Positions 16,588 through 20,000 of a DNA stretch of 20,000 nucleotides are shown piece after piece; positions within the stretch are counted from its first letter, which is position 1; every line of letters starts with the position of its first letter. The notes under the pieces were generated by a model, which had not been told where the DNA came from, made no database searches, and saw nothing but the letters and a program-made list of their open reading frames with translations. The DNA is taken from the IMG/VR virus record IMGVR_UViG_3300027227_000004; one strand, given 5' to 3'. The position numbers and the translations under genes are program-made. The stretch is from an uncultured virus (IMG/VR IMGVR_UViG_3300027227_000004) (taxonomy: Duplodnaviria > Heunggongvirae > Uroviricota > Caudoviricetes).

Positions 16588-17041
16588 ACAAAAACCTAAA
16601 CGAAAAGTAGGTAGGCCACGAGCCGAACCTATTAATAAAGTACCTGACCTTAAAGAACAACGGCAAAACAAGCAAGAGAAGCTAGGTCCGAAACGATCAG
16701 CAGAGTTACTCTATAAAGAACTTACTTATGTGACTAGTATTGGTGTTTACGGTATCGATGATTATACTAAAGCTTTAATTGATGAACTTTGGAAAGACCC
16801 AGAAAAGACAATCGTTGCTACGGATACAAATCAGTCTAGACTGGATAATATCAACCGAGTGATTTCTCAACGGAGCTTCTCTATGTATCGCTGGGAGGCT
16901 GTCCCTTCTTCTGGATTCATTGAAGAACCCGTATGTGATGTGATTATTGCATCTAAAGATTGTTCTAAAGAATTAAAATCTCGACCAAACCCGTACGATA
17001 CTCCTATTATTGTTATGGAAGATGTAAATTATGCAGATTGA
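16580..17041 (+). CDS. Hypothetical protein: AT-hook-like N-terminus plus a possible degenerate Rossmann-like domain
   Basis: KRKVGRPR; SIGVYG...IVATD...DVIIAS strand pattern. Confidence 0.6.
   Translation: MTEQKPKRKVGRPRAEPINKVPDLKEQRQNKQEKLGPKRSAELLYKELTYVTSIGVYGIDDYTKALIDELWKDPEKTIVATDTNQSRLDNINRVISQRSFSMYRWEAVPSSGFIEEPVCDVIIASKDCSKELKSRPNPYDTPIIVMEDVNYAD
16641..16660 (+). promoter_or_regulatory. Putative phage RNAP promoter, copy 5 (TACCTGACCTTAAAGAACAA; predicted +1 = 16655)
   Basis: Perfect consensus; intragenic, upstream of the tRNA/AdoMetDC block. Confidence 0.8.
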
Positions 17042-17246
17042 GACCTTTATTTCCTATAATCAAAACTTAGGGTTTATTGATGTAGAATATGTTGGTATGG
17101 AGAAATCTCAGACAGAAGGTTTTTCAGATATTCTTGTAGTAAGGCATTCTGGTGTGGAAAGCAAATTACTCTGGGATGACTACAATAATTACTATTCAGG
17201 TTATATCGTTAAAAATGGCAAACAAATTGAAGGGTATGTAGTATAA
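17031..17246 (+). CDS. Hypothetical protein
   Basis: ORF coupled to neighbours. Confidence 0.65.
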   Translation: MQIETFISYNQNLGFIDVEYVGMEKSQTEGFSDILVVRHSGVESKLLWDDYNNYYSGYIVKNGKQIEGYVV

Positions 17247-17443
17247 TGTCAAACTATCGTGATGTAGAATACTTTGGGATTCTTGCAGATGATTCTAACT
17301 TCGAGGTTGTGTGTATGGATGAACGAGATGACTTTATTTGGAAAAGCCGAGACCCAAAGAAAGACAAAACTTGGGAAGATGTAATTGATCGTCTTCTCGA
17401 TATGTACGGGGAAATTCAAATTATAGAAGTCTCTGCTGTATAA
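17246..17443 (+). CDS. Hypothetical protein
   Basis: TAATG coupling. Confidence 0.65.
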   Translation: MSNYRDVEYFGILADDSNFEVVCMDERDDFIWKSRDPKKDKTWEDVIDRLLDMYGEIQIIEVSAV

Positions 17444-17449
17444 GATAAA

Positions 17450-17476
17450 GTCCTTAGCACGACAATAAACTGCTTA
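17450..17476 (+). ncRNA. Putative compact H-type pseudoknot, copy B
   Basis: Stem 1 GTC/GAC, 8-nt loop CTTAGCAC; loop AGCA pairs with TGCT; ends 2 nt before the tRNA. Confidence 0.55.
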
Positions 17477-17478
17477 AT

Positions 17479-17555
17479 GGTTCCTTAGCTCAATTGGATA
17501 GAGCAACTGCCTTCTAAGCAGTAGGTTACAGGTTCGAGTCCTGTAGGGACCACCA
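17479..17555 (+). tRNA. tRNA-Arg (anticodon TCT), CCA encoded
   Basis: Acceptor GGTTCCT/AGGGACC, D arm GCTC/GAGC, anticodon arm ACTGC-CTTCTAA-GCAGT, T arm ACAGG-TTCGAGT-CCTGT, ACCA end. Confidence 0.97.
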
Positions 17556-17582
17556 ATCATATTTTAATATTAGGAGTAATAA

Positions 17583-17945
17583 ATGGCGTATTGGGGTTAT
17601 CATGCAATGTTCGATTGTGCAAATTGTGACATTGAGAAAATTACGAGTAAAGAAAACGTATATAATTTTATTAAGGAACTTGTTCCTGCAATTGACATGA
17701 TTTCGTTTGGAGAGCCTATGATTGAGCACTTTGCTACTCATGCCCCAGATAAAGCAGGTATTAGTTTTATACAAATGATCGAGACATCAAATATTTCAGG
17801 TCATCTTGTAGATTCTAATGGTGATGGCTACTTTGATATTTTCTCATGCAAACCGGTAGATATTGGAATTGCTCAGGAAATGATACAAAAGTATTTTAAT
17901 CCGAAGAAAGTCCGTGTGAACTTTATTACACGTTCTGCTGGTTAA
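17583..17945 (+). CDS. speD: Pyruvoyl-dependent S-adenosylmethionine decarboxylase-like proenzyme
   Basis: GYHAMFD, GISFIQMIETSNISGH (self-cleavage Ser), FDIFSC; size fits the class 1b proenzyme. Confidence 0.85.
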   Translation: MAYWGYHAMFDCANCDIEKITSKENVYNFIKELVPAIDMISFGEPMIEHFATHAPDKAGISFIQMIETSNISGHLVDSNGDGYFDIFSCKPVDIGIAQEMIQKYFNPKKVRVNFITRSAG

Positions 17946-17947
17946 AC

Positions 17948-17978
17948 AAGCTCCCCCATGTAAAAGTGGGGGCTGCTT
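17948..17978 (+). terminator. GC-rich hairpin, probable terminator or processing site
   Basis: CCCCCAT/GTGGGGG stem with AAGC/GCTT extension after the speD stop; weak T-tract. Confidence 0.55.
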
Positions 17979-18014
17979 AAAATTTGAAATAGGTCAGCTA
18001 TAGGAAAGATTAAC

Positions 18015-18203
18015 ATGAATTGGGTTACTCGTTATTGGAATTACTTGAAGACTTGGCGAGCACATCGTGAAGCTATTAAGCAACTTAATAGCCTTACAGA
18101 TAATGAGCTAAAAGATATTGGTATTAGCCGATCTGATATCGATCGCCTTATATGGCTAGAAGAAGATAAAACAATGCGTGGGCGTGGTAAAGGAATGAAC
18201 TAA
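18015..18203 (+). CDS. DUF1127 (YjiS-like) small protein
   Basis: WRAHREAIKQLNSLTDNELKDIGISRSDI. Confidence 0.9.
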   Translation: MNWVTRYWNYLKTWRAHREAIKQLNSLTDNELKDIGISRSDIDRLIWLEEDKTMRGRGKGMN

Positions 18204-18538
18204 TGACATTTGACCCAACACAAAACCGTAGTCCGGTAAAGCTCCTATCGTCAGAGGAATTTCAAACCCTTAAGGATTGGCCTCACGGGCATCAACTATG
18301 GTCTTTCGAAGAGGTATGGGTAGACGTGCCTCTACCAAAGTGGATTACTTCATGTATCTACCGTGGCAAGCCTGCTTCAGCCGTGGTGAGCAAGTGGTTC
18401 AATCTTTACCCGTGTGGACCGGGAGATGCCCACAATAGCAGAGAAACGGTTGACGAATACGCACTCGACAACCGAATTGGCGTCCTCCGCATTGACACAA
18501 TTAACGATGTATCGACATGCCACTGGGAGGATTTGTGA
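18203..18538 (+). CDS. Hypothetical protein
   Basis: AAGGA RBS, TAATG coupling. Confidence 0.65.
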   Translation: MTFDPTQNRSPVKLLSSEEFQTLKDWPHGHQLWSFEEVWVDVPLPKWITSCIYRGKPASAVVSKWFNLYPCGPGDAHNSRETVDEYALDNRIGVLRIDTINDVSTCHWEDL

Positions 18539-18583
18539 TGAGTTCAATGGTTGGGTAGCGGAAAGGACAGAAGGAGAGAAGGA

Positions 18584-18670
18584 ATGACTGACATGATGAT
18601 CACCCTGCTTGGTGATATGATCCACAAGATGGTTGAGGATAACAAAGCAAATCAAACAGGAGATGTATGA
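18584..18670 (+). CDS. 28-aa ORF (MTDMMITLLGDMIHKMVEDNKANQTGDV)
   Basis: Strong AAGGAG RBS. Confidence 0.45.
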   Translation: MTDMMITLLGDMIHKMVEDNKANQTGDV

Positions 18671-18671
18671 T

Positions 18672-18842
18672 ATGCAAGGTAAAGAACATTTCGAGGACTG
18701 GTTCTATCAGACACGGAACGAGGAAAGGCCAGTAATTCACTTCGATAAGTTGGTGAGTGAGTATCATTCATCCATTGAACGGTGGCTAAGTTGGGCCTAT
18801 GTAGCAGGCTACAAAAAGGGATTGGAGAGTAAAGATGAGTGA
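18672..18842 (+). CDS. Hypothetical protein
   Basis: AGGAG RBS favours ATG 18672 over the track start at 18633. Confidence 0.6.
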   Translation: MQGKEHFEDWFYQTRNEERPVIHFDKLVSEYHSSIERWLSWAYVAGYKKGLESKDE

Positions 18843-19128
18843 CTACAAACAAACTCGAGACGCAGCAGGTATCATCACCTCTCGCTTCTCTAACATGCTG
18901 AAGAACCTACAGGACGACTACGAGGAAGAGATTGTTGTCGTATCTCTGATGGGATATTACGAGATGTGCGCTAAGCCAGACAAGATCGATAATACCGTAG
19001 GTGAATACATTGACCCTGATGAAGACCTGCTCTGGGCTATTGAACGAGTACTTCAAGACTACATGTCCTCTAGAGATTTCAACGATTGGTTGATGACAAG
19101 ATACGGGGGGAAGCGTGATGGAAAGTGA
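18835..19128 (+). CDS. Hypothetical protein
   Basis: GGAG RBS. Confidence 0.7.
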   Translation: MSDYKQTRDAAGIITSRFSNMLKNLQDDYEEEIVVVSLMGYYEMCAKPDKIDNTVGEYIDPDEDLLWAIERVLQDYMSSRDFNDWLMTRYGGKRDGK

Positions 19129-19399
19129 TGATCTAATAAAACATTCTCTTCGCAAGCTACAAGAAGCACGCCCTGATGATATGCGACTTTTGTGTGAATC
19201 AGTTACGGAAAAGGCGGAATTGACTTTGGAAGATATTAAGCTAGAGACAGATGATATTGGTATCTGGTTACTAGTAGGAGACAAACAAGCTGGGCATGTG
19301 AGTTGGTACGAGATTACTAGACGTATCGAACAGAAGCTACTCCAAGAGAAGTTTCTACTAGCCCTTGCTAAATTTGATGAGGAGGATGGATTGCTATGA
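19115..19399 (+). CDS. Hypothetical protein
   Basis: ORF coupled to neighbours. Confidence 0.7.
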   Translation: MMESDDLIKHSLRKLQEARPDDMRLLCESVTEKAELTLEDIKLETDDIGIWLLVGDKQAGHVSWYEITRRIEQKLLQEKFLLALAKFDEEDGLL

Positions 19400-19635
19400 A
19401 CGTACAAGAAACACTTATGGATGTACTACAAACTAATGCTGCGGTAGAGATTATGAATGAGCTGGTCTTGGCTACACTAATTAGTTCTCGTGATACTTGT
19501 ATTGAGGCACGGGATAAGCTACAAAGAATCCAAAATACTCGTAAATTAAAACCACATGAAGAAGAAGACTGGAAATGTCTGATCTTTGACATTCATGCGT
19601 TGAATCGTGTAATTGACTATTACGGAGGTTCTTAA
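19396..19635 (+). CDS. Hypothetical protein
   Basis: GGAGG RBS, ATGA overlap. Confidence 0.7.
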   Translation: MNVQETLMDVLQTNAAVEIMNELVLATLISSRDTCIEARDKLQRIQNTRKLKPHEEEDWKCLIFDIHALNRVIDYYGGS

Positions 19636-19959
19636 ATGTATACGCCCTACAATTGGGTAATTATTAAAATTAAAGGTGACGACCCACACTATCGTGTTCT
19701 TGCTGGCTGGTCTGGCGGGTACACTACCGGAGACTCTTGGCGGTTAAATAGTGGCATTACTCGACATGAGTTTGATGGTGACTATTGGTATTTTTATGGA
19801 TCCACTGGTAGTTGCTATAAGTGCTATGTTGATAGTTATTGCTTGCGAATGAATAATGCTCAAGTCTGGGCAAAACTACAAGAGCTACATGGTGATAAAG
19901 TTGAACTACTTGAAGACCAAGCGTGGGTCAAAGAAGATTGGGATTGGATCATAAAATGA
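19636..19959 (+). CDS. Conserved hypothetical phage protein (WSGGY...DSWRLNSGI)
   Basis: GGAGG RBS; Trp/Gly-rich motif typical of a phage family of unknown function. Confidence 0.8.
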   Translation: MYTPYNWVIIKIKGDDPHYRVLAGWSGGYTTGDSWRLNSGITRHEFDGDYWYFYGSTGSCYKCYVDSYCLRMNNAQVWAKLQELHGDKVELLEDQAWVKEDWDWIIK

Positions 19960-20000
19960 GTCACTGGCATTACCAACTAATGTATCACAAATGCGATCAA
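19956..20000 (+). CDS. 5' end of a hypothetical protein (MSHWHYQLMYHKCDQ...), runs off the window
   Basis: ATGA overlap with the previous stop; open to the window end. Confidence 0.5.
   Translation, partial: MSHWHYQLMYHKCDQ

Noticed and set aside
2547..16660. The 20-bp repeat as a CRISPR repeat, att site or repressor operator
   Set aside because: Copies are kilobases apart, non-palindromic, all co-oriented with transcription, and there is no integrase or cas gene
14615..17476. The pseudoknots as preQ1-I riboswitches or hammerhead ribozymes
   Set aside because: Similar topology to preQ1-I but lacking its conserved loop sequence and queuosine gene context; no CUGAnGA/GAAA hammerhead core
17556..17582. 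HDV-like (theta) ribozyme 3' of the tRNA
   Set aside because: The trailer is only 27 nt, AT-rich, and holds the speD RBS
147..19592. All minus-strand ORFs in the track (e.g. 11379-11663, 11688-12017, 18907-19407)
   Set aside because: They are antisense shadows of well-supported + strand genes and have no recognisable motifs

Overview
An AT-rich dsDNA phage segment with every plausible gene on the + strand. It covers transcription, replication and nucleotide metabolism. It encodes a compact (720 aa) T7/SP6-type single-subunit RNA polymerase overlapped by a NusG-KOW-like gene, a gp2.5-like SSB, an HhH DNA glycosylase, a nucleoside deoxyribosyltransferase-like protein, DUF3310, a family A DNA polymerase, MazG, a 5'-3' exonuclease, a GIY-YIG nuclease, a primase-helicase, a class II RNR, a Zn deaminase, glutaredoxin, tRNA-Arg(UCU), an AdoMetDC-like proenzyme, DUF1127 and many small ORFs. 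Main discoveries read from the sequence: (1) five near-identical copies, plus one weaker copy, of a 20-bp motif TAnCyGACnTTAAAGAACAA that aligns with the SP6 promoter and is the probable cognate promoter of this RNAP; (2) two copies of a 27-nt H-type pseudoknot with compensatory base changes, one directly after a promoter and one directly before the tRNA; (3) a KOW protein overlapping the RNAP 3' end; (4) a Glu-to-Gln change at the DNA polymerase steric gate. All protein calls are by motif recognition; no database search was run.
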